Made by a program: the position numbers and the translations under genes | From: Harriotta raleighana | Lineage: Eukaryota | Assembly (NCBI GenBank): GCA_050575255.1 | Contig: JBNZDD010013730.1 | Span: 5,578,608 to 5,642,607 of the forward strand | Direction: 5' to 3' | DNA length: 64,000 nt | Part shown: in pieces, positions 50,379 through 61,451 of the stretch | Numbering within the stretch: position 1 is the first letter of the stretch | Layout of the letters: every line of letters starts with the position of its first letter | The notes under the pieces: model-generated | The model's database searches: none | The model's input: the letters and a program-made list of their open reading frames with translations, nothing else | What the model was told of the DNA's origin: nothing

Positions 50379-50657
50379 GCGCTTCACAGAATATACTGTA
50401 AAGTGAATTGACTGTATATTTGTGGGCGAAACGCGGCAGCCAATTGCGCACAGCAGTGTCCCACAAACAGTCATAGATTGAAATGACCAATTTTATTATT
50501 GTTTTTTTTTTTTTTTTTGGAGGGATTATTATTAGGCGTGTGGAGTAAGGAAACTTGCCCAAGGTTTCGCCCTGATCTGCCTGGATTCGAACACAGGCCT
50601 CATGCTTGTAAGGCATGTAAGGCGAGTGCTCTAACCACTGAGCCACAGGAGCTCCAC
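50379..50657 (-). mobile_element. Young SINE (tail missing) sandwiched between Ns at 50378 and 50667
   Basis: Near-consensus head and core. The 23-mer tgctctttggcacttcacactcg is repeated at 50355-50377 and 50668-50690. Confidence 0.9.
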
Positions 50658-50689
50658 AAAGACATCNTGCTCTTTGGCACTTCACACTC

Positions 50690-50965
50690 GTGGCCATTTT
50701 TCACATGTGAGCGCCAAGGCAGAGTTAGTTATTCAGCAACTCAACGTAGAGATGTCTGAGTCAAGCCCAATCCTGCCCTCATCAGATGTGATGTGCACAC
50801 TTTGCACCCCCATGGTTACTGAATAGCAATTAGGAACAAGATTCCTGGCATTTCACCATTTCACAGCCCAAAGGCAATTAGGTCAATTTATATGCCCTGG
50901 TGGTATTCTGGCCGGTATCAGCTAATTCAATACATTCCAAGATTTCAATCTGTGGACTCTATAAT
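50690..50965 (-). mobile_element. Decayed copy of the ancient non-Deu SINE-like family
   Basis: tggccatttttcacatgtgagc, agcccaatcctgccctca, agcccaaaggc and tcagctaattcaatac mirror 63125-63560. Confidence 0.55.
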
Positions 50966-51009
50966 TTGGTGATATCTTGGGCAGGGCTTTTTGTCACCTA
51001 ATCACCCCC

Positions 51010-51178
51010 CGAAGGAATACAGGACTTTCAGTTTCATATCTGAACTGATAGGGGCATCTCTGACAACGAGGCGCTCCCCAAGCATAAAATCGGTGTGGCA
51101 TTGGATTGTGAGGTCAACATTCTGACATCGAAATTGAACCCATAAACTTCTGACCCAGAGGCAAGAGTCCAACTAATC
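51010..51178 (-). mobile_element. 5' half of an old Deu-domain SINE
   Basis: ggcatctctgacaac...ttgaacccataaacttctgacccagaggcaagag (tRNA head, reverse complement). Confidence 0.6.
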
Positions 51179-52627
51179 AGCAATGTTTGAATTTATGTCC
51201 TTGAAGAGCAGTAAATGAAGAACACCTTCATAACATAATCTAATAAACTAGCAAAACAAGCTCAATGTGCTGGATGTCTCCTCATCCTATATTTGGCTTC
51301 CAAAAGTGCCAGTCGAGTGCACAGGGTGGCATTGAGCTGAATGCAAGTAGTTTTGTTTTCCTGAAAATGATTTTGTATCAGTATCATACAGCAAAATGTC
51401 TTCTTTTAAGCCTGTGAATAATGCTGAGTTGCCAATAGATTTTCTTCTGCAATAAAAATAGATGTGGGGGGGAGTTTATTAACAGTGCACACCACAGTAA
51501 GTTTAAAACTCGTGCAACAAGGCTTGCTGCATTCAATATCAGACAATTACTGTGAATTTTCACCTACTTACAGTCAACTCTATCAATCATTCATGATGAA
51601 TAGCATGTGGAGCGCAACCGCATCAACCAATAACCCATCAACATAAAACATGGGGGGAAACTAGCTCCCATCTCATGCACTCATTGATAAACTCAAAACA
51701 AATGGATCATTATTAGAAATACTATGCACTTAGACAAAAGGAATAAGAATTGATTTTGTATCTGGGGGTCAATAAGAATGTTATTGTGTATAAATATCTC
51801 CCTCAATTTCACCCTCTTTTGCCATTTCCAGTCGCACACTGATACCTCACTCAACCGCATAGTCATTGTAGTTATTCATCAGAAATATCCGAGCAGCGAG
51901 CGTTTGTGAACAAAAGTGCAGTTTAACGATGAGCAATACCACACCCAAACCTTATTCTCAACTCGCCCCAAGTTTAGGAACATACTTTATAGAAAACTTC
52001 TCTATAGAGAGTCATCAGAAAAAAAGAAGCCTGTCTGATTCTTCCCCTCTCCTTCACGCAGGGATCCTTTGGGCCAATGCAGCAATCCTACTCTTGCCTC
52101 AATTGCAATCAACACAGACTAGGGTTCAACCGTGTGAAATCGCACCCAGGAACTCATTCGTCCCAACATCACATCATGAGAGTAAATTTCCCACCCAGCT
52201 ACAAGGGAAATCGGAACAATAAAGCATTAATATTCAACCCGCAAAGACTGGAAACAAAAAGCATGTTGATCCGAATCTCAAAGGGAAAGATGAAGGGTTG
52301 CAGATGAAATTTTAACCTTCTCCTTCAGGTGCTTTCTAATCCTCTATCCCTTGTCTAGCATTTTCCGCTTTAATTTGAAATGCTCTGCGTTTGTACTTTC
52401 TTGGTGTTGTGGATCAGGGGTTGGGGTAAGACAGACCACTGAGCGATCAGATATCTCATTTTTAGGAAGATTTCTTCCAATATTTTCAAAGAAAATGCTT
52501 AAAATTCTTCATTTGAATGATATGTCTAAATACATTGTGGAGTTAATTATTCTAAATATATATATCCTGAATATTTTCACAACCTGCCCATGGTGGGGTT
52601 AATCTATTCTATCACCTCAGAAATGCA

Positions 52628-52715
52628 ATAATAATAATAATCAGCCTTACATTTGGTATGGTGCTTTCACGTTGGGAGGATATCCCAAAGCGCTTTGCCG
52701 CGACTGTGTTTTGTG
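52628..52715 (-). mobile_element. SINE tail fragment
   Basis: ataataataa...ccttacatttggtatggtgctttcacg...tcccaaagcgcttt. Confidence 0.6.
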
Positions 52716-54129
52716 GTAGATTTTAAAACTTATAAAGGTGCAAAATCTAACATTTCATTAGGAAGTACCTGTAAGGAGGTAGCTTGTAAGATTCTCTCTC
52801 TTAAAGCAGTCGTCAATGCGAGATAGACTCTTACCATAAGACACAATTGTGAAGGGATGAAGCTTTACATTCTTCAGAACATAAGCATAGAAGATATTAA
52901 ATATTTTGCGCTAAGATAAATCAACAGCAAATCTGTGTTCACAACTCCAGCAGCCGTTCTGCTAATATGTAATTATTTGTTACCTATCTGCAGGCAGAAG
53001 CGTGCAGCCGCATTCACATGCATTTTCTGGCATCAAGCACTTGGAACACAATAATCCAATTCTGCAGCCAATGGAATTTGATTGTCATTTTCACTTATTC
53101 ATACATGACTCCGAGTCGACTTATTTACTACTGGGAGAAGTCATTCACTGGGAAGCGAGCAAAGCCATAAAAGCCTGTGTTCTTCAGACAGCATTATTAG
53201 AGAACAGGGTTTTTTTCTCCCTCCACAATGTTAGCCGTCATTTATGACTTTTGAAAGGTGAACCCAAATTTAATTTCAACCTAGATAGAGGCCCTTTGAA
53301 ACAAAGCACAATTATCACAACATCCCTTGTTGAAGAACACTCCCATTTTACAAGGGGGTGGGAGTATTTACAATTGAAGAGTGTGTACAATTGTACACTT
53401 TACAACTGAAGAACAAGAACCTGACAATCCTTCAGACAGCACAGTGGAAAATCCCAAGCCCAATTAGCTTTTCCACACTTAACTAAGGGCTGCCCATAGA
53501 ATACTATTTCCCCCCACTCTGTTTGTTAAGAGATTTGGCTTCAATACAATGGTTAGTTAAAATAAGAATCCTTTTAAAAGTGACAAAAGCTACAGCACAG
53601 GAAAAAAAATATGTGCTCCCTAATGAAGCAAAAAGTACCACGTAATGAAACCACCTAAGACTTTGTGAAGGGCCCTTGGAGCTTTCAGTATTCTTATCCA
53701 CACACTGAATAGAACAAAACACAGAAAATAACAGCACATTGCTGCAGATTCAAGAATCATTTTGTAACAAGGCAAAAAAAAAAAAAAACACCACAAGACG
53801 CCTGCTACTGTCGTGTTTGTCTATAAAGCAGTCCTATTACCGGCAGTTTGCACTCAGCAAAGACCTTCTGTCTATATTCATTCTAAATCAAATCAGCTAT
53901 CCCAAAGGCTTCAAACAATGCAAGGAATTTGGACCTCCTTTTTCTCAATAATAATCTATTTAGCCAGCAGGGAAGTGGACCTGGGCTTACTGGCACTGCT
54001 GTCAGGCATTTCAACCTAGAGATGATCAGAAGCAATGCAGGCTGGCAACTGCATCGACGCAGACTGATCAAATATTAAAATATTTAGAACCCATCTTGCA
54101 GTGAGTGGAAGAGAATACAACAAACAGAA

Positions 54130-54235
54130 TGCATGTTTTGCCCTCAAAATATACAGTCAATTCACTTTGCGATATATTCTGAGACGTCTTGAAGACGTGA
54201 TCAGGCACTCTTATCGAATGCGAGGTTTATTATTT
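54130..54235 (+). mobile_element. SINE tail fragment
   Basis: aaatatacagtcaattcactttgcgatatattctgagacgtc...atcgaatgcgaggtttattatt. Confidence 0.65.
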
Positions 54236-55223
54236 AGGTTAATGACACACGACACAGGTGCCTTCATAAATTGTACAGATTTTGGGGGAAAGACAATTCC
54301 AACTGGAAGTTTGGTTAAAATCTGTCTGAGGGGCAGAAACAAAAACGAATATATTAAAAGTGTCAATTTAACAGAATCTGCAGTGGGATTGCTCAGTGGC
54401 CTTTCACTGCTGGGACTAGCAGTTGATCCAATTTAAACCAAAGGGATAAAAGTCCTCTCTGTAAATGTTTGGAGTGAAACCAATTTATTGGCTTGCCTAC
54501 TAAACAGAGATGTCTGCAAGTTTACAACATTTAGCACTAAGTACATCATCTCACTCAGAAGACGGGTGATATGGGAAGTGAAAGATTTCACACTAGTCAA
54601 GATGAAGGGAGAATTGAGGTCAAGTCAAATTATTGAAATACAGTGTGCTACTGTCATCTCTTTGTTGTTCATACTAGACAGGAGTTCTTAATGGTGACAA
54701 TGAGTGCTCAAACTAGAAGAATATTCCATTCAACAGCATCAATACCCTCAACTTCGTCCAAGCAAATAATTGTCACTTTCTACGCCTTGTCTATTCAGAC
54801 AAAAAAACATCAGAATAGAAACCCTATAATTGTACTGTTGGAAGTTAAGGATCAGAATTTCAAAAAGAAAATATAATTGGTGAAATTAAGCTGTTTTCGG
54901 CGAGGTAGTCACTGAAGCACGTTTGACGATCTTGCCTCATTCAAAAATAAATTCACGGAATTGGGCAGTCATAGAAAAGAATCCATCAAAAGAGGAATAC
55001 ATTGAAATACGTTCCACTTATGAAAAGTGTAAACTGTGAGGTAATAGTTTTGGAAAGAGTCTTTTGAAGATGACATCTGTGATAATTGTTCACAAAAAAA
55101 AACTTACCAAGAAAGGAAAAGATAAAATGTGAAGACAGTTTCATAAACGTGTTATTCGCATAAAAGAGATCCGCAATTCACTTTCAAAACTGTGTGACTT
55201 TGAACACTGAGAATGCATCTTAC

Positions 55224-55299
55224 CTTTTGTAAAGGGTAACCATCCACCTAAGACAATAAGCCACGACAGGGTCCAAAGTTTCCAATCAGAAAACAACAT
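55224..55299 (-). CDS. ADGRL2: First coding segment of the latrophilin gene: signal peptide MLFSDWKLWTLSWLIVLGGWLPFTK(G)
   Basis: ATG at 55299 has A at -3 and in-frame stops upstream. It encodes a 25-aa hydrophobic signal-like peptide ending LPFTK-G (human ADGRL2 ends LPNTE-G, from memory). The donor AAG|GTAAGA at 55224/55223 is phase 1, completing the Gly codon G|GC with the 3135 exon. Confidence 0.88.
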
Positions 55300-55400
55300 C
55301 TTCGCTCCTTTTATGTCTTTTATCAGGTACTGTTTAATACATCGGGTCACTGATGCTCAGCACGATTGACACTAGTGGTCTGCATCATTGTACTTCATGT
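55300..55400 (-). other. 5'UTR portion (101 nt) of the start-codon exon, containing three short uORFs
   Basis: Strong acceptor TTTTTTTTCTTTTTTAG|A at 55401/55400, giving a 177-bp exon (55400-55224). This implies further non-coding exon(s) and the promoter upstream, probably beyond 64000; no CpG island is seen in the window. Confidence 0.8.
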
Positions 55401-56877
55401 CTAAAAAAGAAAAAAAATACAATTCATCATTAACGATACTTGATCTATGAAATAATTAAATCCAATTCACTTTGAAGTGAAGTGCACAGCTGTATATCAT
55501 GAAAAAGTTGTCACTTTTTTGAAAATGCACATCTAAAATAGTAAATATTTACTTCAGTATAACAGTAAGAAGTGATATTGATTAAATTGTCCTAGTTTTT
55601 TTTGCTAAACAATGACACCACTGAATAGATCTGTGTGAAAATAACTCCTTAGGCATTGCTACATCATAGGGAACTTTCTTGCCTCCAACTGAAGGAGACA
55701 CCTTCTTTTGTGGTGCCTAGACACCGATGACAGAATTGGTTTTCAGACCATGTAATTGGGACTGAAATGGCTACAAAGACAGCAAGTCTAGCAAACAAAT
55801 AAACAAACAGGTAAAGCATATCAGGTTGCCACTGAGCAGATCTAAAAGGTGGATTATCTCTGTTATTTCAGTCCCAATGACCTGGCTTTTGTAGACCACC
55901 ATCGACTGCCTGGCATCAATTCTTTTGCTTATTGAGCATTTTACAGGCAGAAAGCTGATCAGATATCACAGAGTGCAACTACTTAGGAAGTTTCAACTGC
56001 AACCTGATCCCTCACTGTGTATTTAGACTGACTTGCTTGTTTCCCCTAACTGGTCTCCCCTCCAAAATGCTTGCATTGTTGCACACCAACCTCAGTGACC
56101 CGAGCAAATAAGTAAGTCAAAACAAACAACAAAGACAACATGAAAGTAGGAGTTAAGAGAAACTACACAGGAGAAGTCGTGCAGTGAAAATTCCAGTTAA
56201 AAGAATGTCCTCTGCTAAAGCAAGACTATTTGATGCCCATCTTTCTTCTATGATGGGAATTGTGTATAAATCCGTTTCAAGCAACAACATAAAGAGTGAA
56301 CATCTTCTGATGCCTTCAAACACTGTATTGAAGAATCTATACTGTCTAATTATATTTTAAAAATTGCCAACCTGTGGATCGTGAATATCAAAATAAGCAC
56401 TTCTTAGAGGGGAATGATGTTTAATGATCCAGTCACCCCATTCATACTGCGTTCACAAACCCTAAACAAGAGGCCAGGTCAGTTTCCCTCGACGTTCTCA
56501 CACCAGCATTGCAGAATGATAGAAGAAGCTCATTGAAGTTCCATGCATCACCATCTCAGCCTCTTTAAATGCACATATCCAACTGTAGAAATACCAAGCT
56601 TCCTTTGCTTGCCAAAGCAATCAAACATTTGGCAGCATTTTAGTTTTGTAAAGGAACTAGAAAAGATGGATAAATATATAACACAGGAAGGAAGAACACA
56701 AAACCTTGCATTTTCATTCTGTGCAGAGGCGAATACGAGGGACGCCTTTAGAGGAGACACAGATCAATGAATAATTGAGACTTAGTGTGATCTTGGACAT
56801 CAAGAGTCATCAATTACTTCTTTTAGGGAATTAATGCAGCAACTAAAACTGGTTTAGAGTCGCCTGGAAAGCATTTA

Positions 56878-57215
56878 TGGAGCTCCTGTGGCTCAGTGGT
56901 TAGAGCACTCGTCTTACATGCCTTACAAGCATGAGACCTGTGTTCGAATCCAGGCAGATCAGGGCGAAACCTTGGGCAAGTTTCCTTACTCCACATGCCT
57001 AATAATAATCCCTCCAAAAAAAACATAATAATAAAATTGGTCATTTCAATCCACGGCTGTTTGTGGGCGACGCTGCTGTGCGCAATTGGCTGCCGTGTTC
57101 CGCCCACAAATATACAGTCAATTCACTTTACAGTATACTCTGTGAAGCGCTTTGGGACGTTGATAAGATGTGAAAAGCGCTATATCAAATGCAAGGATTA
57201 TTATTATTATTATTT
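56878..57215 (+). mobile_element. Full-length young tRNA SINE (best-preserved copy)
   Basis: A box tggctcagtggttagagc, B box gttcgaatcc, internal A-tract, core gctgtgcgcaattggctgccg, tail gcgctatatcaaatgcaagg(att)n. Confidence 0.95.
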
Positions 57216-57317
57216 ACTCAGCAGCTGACGAACACTTACAGATCTTTTAACAATAGTTCTCATGCCCAGGCCACACCCATGAGGCAGCCCACATATCTAA
57301 GGGTGACATTATAATTT

Positions 57318-57600
57318 TATAATAATCCTTGCATTTGATATAGTGCCTTATCATGTTTGTTGGGATGTCTCAAAAGCGCTCTACAGAATATATTGTAAAG
57401 TGAATTAACTGTATATTTTGTGGGCGAAACGCGGCAGCCAATTGCTCACAGCAAGGTTTCATAAACAGCTATGGAGTGAGTAACCAATTTTATTTGGGGG
57501 AGAATTGTTGGCCAGGATACTGGGAGAGAAACTCGCTTCTCTTTTCTGATAGTACCATGGAATCATGAACGTTCACCTGAACAGGAACTCAATTTAATGT
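57318..57600 (-). mobile_element. Deu-domain SINE, 3' two-thirds
   Basis: Tail plus ttgttggccaggatactgggag and accatggaatcatgaacgttcacctgaacag (Deu core, reverse complement). Confidence 0.8.
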
Positions 57601-58661
57601 CTTTATTCAAAGCAACTCAATTTCACTTGTCACAGAGTGAAGTTGTTTACTCAACATAATAGTGTGCAGAGGTTTCGGCAGAACCTGAGAATGCCATCAC
57701 TGGCATGCCTTATTTTTACTTCCGAGCATGTTGCTGTTCAAACAAAATAAGACTTGTACAATGGGAATATACCAGTTGGTAAAGCCATGGTCCAGTGTGA
57801 AACAATCACACAAATCCAAAAAGCTGTGGTCATGAATCTTTAGATCACAATACGTTTTCAAATCAATTGTTTCTTTATGGAATATTACTGTGCAAAATTG
57901 ACTACCATGGTTTCCTGTAAATACACAGTTAGTAAACTTGACGGCAATACCCTATGAACTACTTTAAGATGGTTTGACATTGTAGGTACAATATCAAGTG
58001 CAATAAATATTTAATAAGATTAATTATCACTAGTATTATTATAAATCATAACGAAGACTTGTGGAAGGTGCTGAGGGGTAGGTAGAACACATGGTACTGT
58101 AACCCAGCATGAGTAGGAGCCTTTATCAGAAGAAGGAAGAAGATTAAAGAGAGAATGAGCTCAACATCTTGTAAATTTTGGTTTATGTGATCGAAACAGG
58201 TGGGAACTTCCTGGTTTGTATGGATCAGTTCCATAATGGATTGTGAATCTGCCAAATTGAACCACAGGAAACATTGTGAAAAATAAATTCACATTAAATT
58301 ACTTCCATGGAATTGTTGTACGAAGACCTGATAAAAATAAACAGCAGCTCACTCAACTTGTGAATGCCATTTGTTTAGTGGTCTTAGATTATGGTACAGA
58401 ATCTCAATGCAAACAGCTTTACTTTGTGAAATTTACTGTCCGCCAACTGAAGCACAGCTGAGGAGACTTGGCCTTTGATTTGGTTCCAGTCGATTCCCAA
58501 ATCTCAGCTGAGCTTGATTTTGAATTTATTCCCAATATAAAATCCCCATTGGAAATAAAAAATTCCAACTGTCTGTAAGGAGAGGAAGAAACATTTGACT
58601 AAAATCAAAGACCACTAAGATCCAGGAAGCAAGTGGCTTACAATAAAGATGGCAATGATCC

Positions 58662-59110
58662 GTAATAATAATCCTTGTATTTGGTATAGCGTCTTTCACA
58701 TTGGGAGAACATCCCAAAGCGCTTTGCAGGATTTACCTACAAAGTGCACCGACTGTCTATTTTGCAGGCAAACGCTGCAGCTCAATTACGCAAAGCAATG
58801 TCCCATAAATAGCCATCGCATAAGTGACTGATTTGGAGGGATTGCTGGCCAGGACACTGAGAGAAACTGCCTTCTCATTTTGAATAGCATAGGATCTTTA
58901 ACAACAACTAGCATTTATATAGCGCTTGGGATCTCCACCGAAACAAACAGATGGGACCTTGGTTCAACGACTCATTCAAAGGACGACACCTTCGATACTG
59001 CAACATTGGAGTACTACATTCGCATCTTACAGTATGTGAGCTCAAGACCCAATGTGGGGCTTGAACCCACAACCTTCTGAGCCACAGGTGAGAGTGTTAC
59101 CATTGAGCTA
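58662..59110 (-). mobile_element. Older Deu-domain SINE, full length
   Basis: Tail at 58662, core ggccaggacactgagag...taggatctttaac, and tRNA head ggggcttgaacccacaaccttctgagccacaggtgagagtgttaccattgagcta. Confidence 0.85.
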
Positions 59111-61451
59111 GGCTGCTGATGAAGGTAACATCGGGAAGTCTCCAAGATCGTTGCCAAGTAAACCTTGAACAATATTTTTGTTTGGGCCTGTGCTGTTCAA
59201 CAGAGTTTTGAATTCTTGTGTATTACTATTGGGACAACGCAAACAAAAATATTGTTCTAAAGCTTTTTATTTTCATTTTCAGCGCTTTGGGACGTCCTCC
59301 TGACATGAAAGGTGCTATACAAGTGCAATTTTGTTGTGGTTGTAGTATTTCACTTAAGAGCACCTTTCACGATGAGGGGATGTCCCACGACGCTGAAAAT
59401 AAAATAAATAAAGCATGCCAGGATGAAAGTTTGAAACACTGGCAAGGTGAATACTAGTAAGTGTATAGCTTGACCAAGGTGACTCAGTCTTAAAATAAAA
59501 AAAAACATTTCGAGGCACTCAGCTGGGTTTTCTCTGTGAAGCGATACATCAAATGGTACAGTGAAGCCTGGAACAGCATGAGACAGGTATACATGTACTG
59601 AGAATATAAACAGCCAAAAGATATCAAAAGCTTTTCCCCCCACAGATTTAACGGAGTAACAAGAGTTACAAGGCAAATACAGTTACATAACAAATGATAA
59701 ATGACAGCACCCACAAGTATGAATGCATAAATATAACCCTTAGCCACCTTTACTTTAAATTCTATAGCGGCGTTTCAAAACATGCGCAACACTAATCCTC
59801 GATGACACCGATCATTTTTTCGAAGCTAACCATCTGTTCTGTCAACCGTAGATATGCTGTCCCTTCATGGCGACAGTTTCTGCCCAAGATAGGCAGCTAT
59901 AGATTAGGGACGGAGGACAGAGTGCCCCTGGGAGCTAGTCAGCACGGAGGCTGCACGGAGCAGTGCCAAGTGCTCACTTTGTTCTATTAGTACAAGACTC
60001 CATCTTCACTTTTCCCAATTTTTATCTTGTCATGCAAGTACTTGACAGGGTAATCTACCTGCTCAAAACCAATGATGGGCACAAACTCCCGATCAAACTG
60101 GGCTCCCACAGCCATCTATCTCTCTCGCTCTCTCTCTCTCTNNNNNNNNNNNNNNNNNNNNNNNNNNNNNNNNNNNNNNNNNNNNNNNNNNNNNNNNNNN
60201 NNNNNNNNNNNNNNNNNNNNNNNNNNNNNNNNNNNNNNNGATCTCCACCGAAACAAACAGATGGGACCTTGGTTCAACGACTCATTCAAAGGACGACACC
60301 TTCGATACTGCAACATTGGAGTACTACATTCGCATCTTACAGTATGTGAGCTCAAGACCCAATGTGGGGCTTGAACCCACAACCTTCTGAGCCACAGGTG
60401 AGAGTGTTACCACTGAGCTAGGCTGCTGATGAAGGTAACATCGGGAAGTCTCCAAGATCGTTGCCAAGTAAACCTTGAACAATATTTTTGTTTGGGCCTG
60501 TGCTGTTCAACAGAGTTTTGAATTCTTGTGTATTACTATTGGGACAACGCAAACAAAAATATTGTTCTAAAGCTTTTTATTTTTATTTTCAGCGCTTTGG
60601 GACGTCCTCCTGACATGAAAGGTGCTATACAAGTGCAATTTTGTTGTGGTTGTAGTATTTCACTTAAGAGCACCTTTCACGATGAGGGGATGTCCCACAA
60701 CGCTGAAAATAAAATAAATAAAGCATGCCCGGATGAAAGTTTGAAACACTGGCAAGGTGAATACTAGTAAGTGTATAGCTTGACCAAGGTGACTCAGTCT
60801 TAAAATAAAAAAAAACATTTCGAGGCACTCAGCTGGGTTTTCTCTGTGAAGCGATACATCAAATGGTACAGTGAAGCCTGGAACAGCATGAGACAGGTAT
60901 ACATGTACTGAGAATATAAACAGCCAAAAGATATCAAAAGCTTTTCCCCCCACAGATTTAACGGAGTAACAAGAGTTACAAGGCAAATACAGTTACATAA
61001 CAAATGATAAATGACAGCACCCACAAGTATGAATGCATAAATATAACCCTTAGCCACCTTTACTTTAAATTCTATAGCGGCGTTTCAAAACATGCGCAAC
61101 ACTAATCCTCGATGACACCGATCATTTTTTCGAAGCTAACCATCTGTTCTGTCAACCGTAGATACGCTGTCCCTTCATGGCGACAGTTTCTGCCCAAGAT
61201 AGGCAGCTATAGATTAGGGACGGAGGACAGAGTGCCCCTGGGAGCTAGTCAGCACGGAGGCTGCACGGAGCAGTGCCAAGTGCTCACTTTGTTCTATTAG
61301 TACAAGACTCCATCTTCACTTTTCCCAATTTTTATCTTGTCATGCAAGTACTTGACAGGGTAATCTACCTGCTCAAAACCAATGATGGGCACAAACTCCC
61401 GATCAAACTGGGCTCCCACAGCCATCTATCTCTCTCGCTCTCTCTCTCTCT
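58930..61451. repeat. 1212-bp direct duplication flanking a 98-N gap (60142-60239); probable assembly artefact
   Basis: 58930-60141 repeats at 60240-61451 (offset 1310) with about five substitutions. The first copy ends in a (TC)n tract at the gap. Confidence 0.88.

Larger units (their letters stand above)
3136..55223 (-). other. Phase-1 GT-AG intron of about 52 kb between the signal-peptide and lectin exons
   Basis: Donor and acceptor phases match, and I recognised no other coding exon between them. Length is inflated by about 2 kb of probable assembly duplications. Confidence 0.8.

Noticed and set aside
55300-55350. In-frame GTG-initiated extension of the signal-peptide ORF
   Set aside because: Non-ATG start with a charged sequence ahead of a good-context ATG; no support for its use.
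56878-56955. tRNA genes suggested by A and B boxes (also near 850-919, 48219 and 50580-50657)
   Set aside because: These are SINE heads continuous with the SINE body and do not form a complete cloverleaf.
59116-59142. CTGATGA-containing hammerhead-like motif (also minus strand near 14465-14487)
   Set aside because: Lacks an intact GAAA or a proper stem II and flanking helices.
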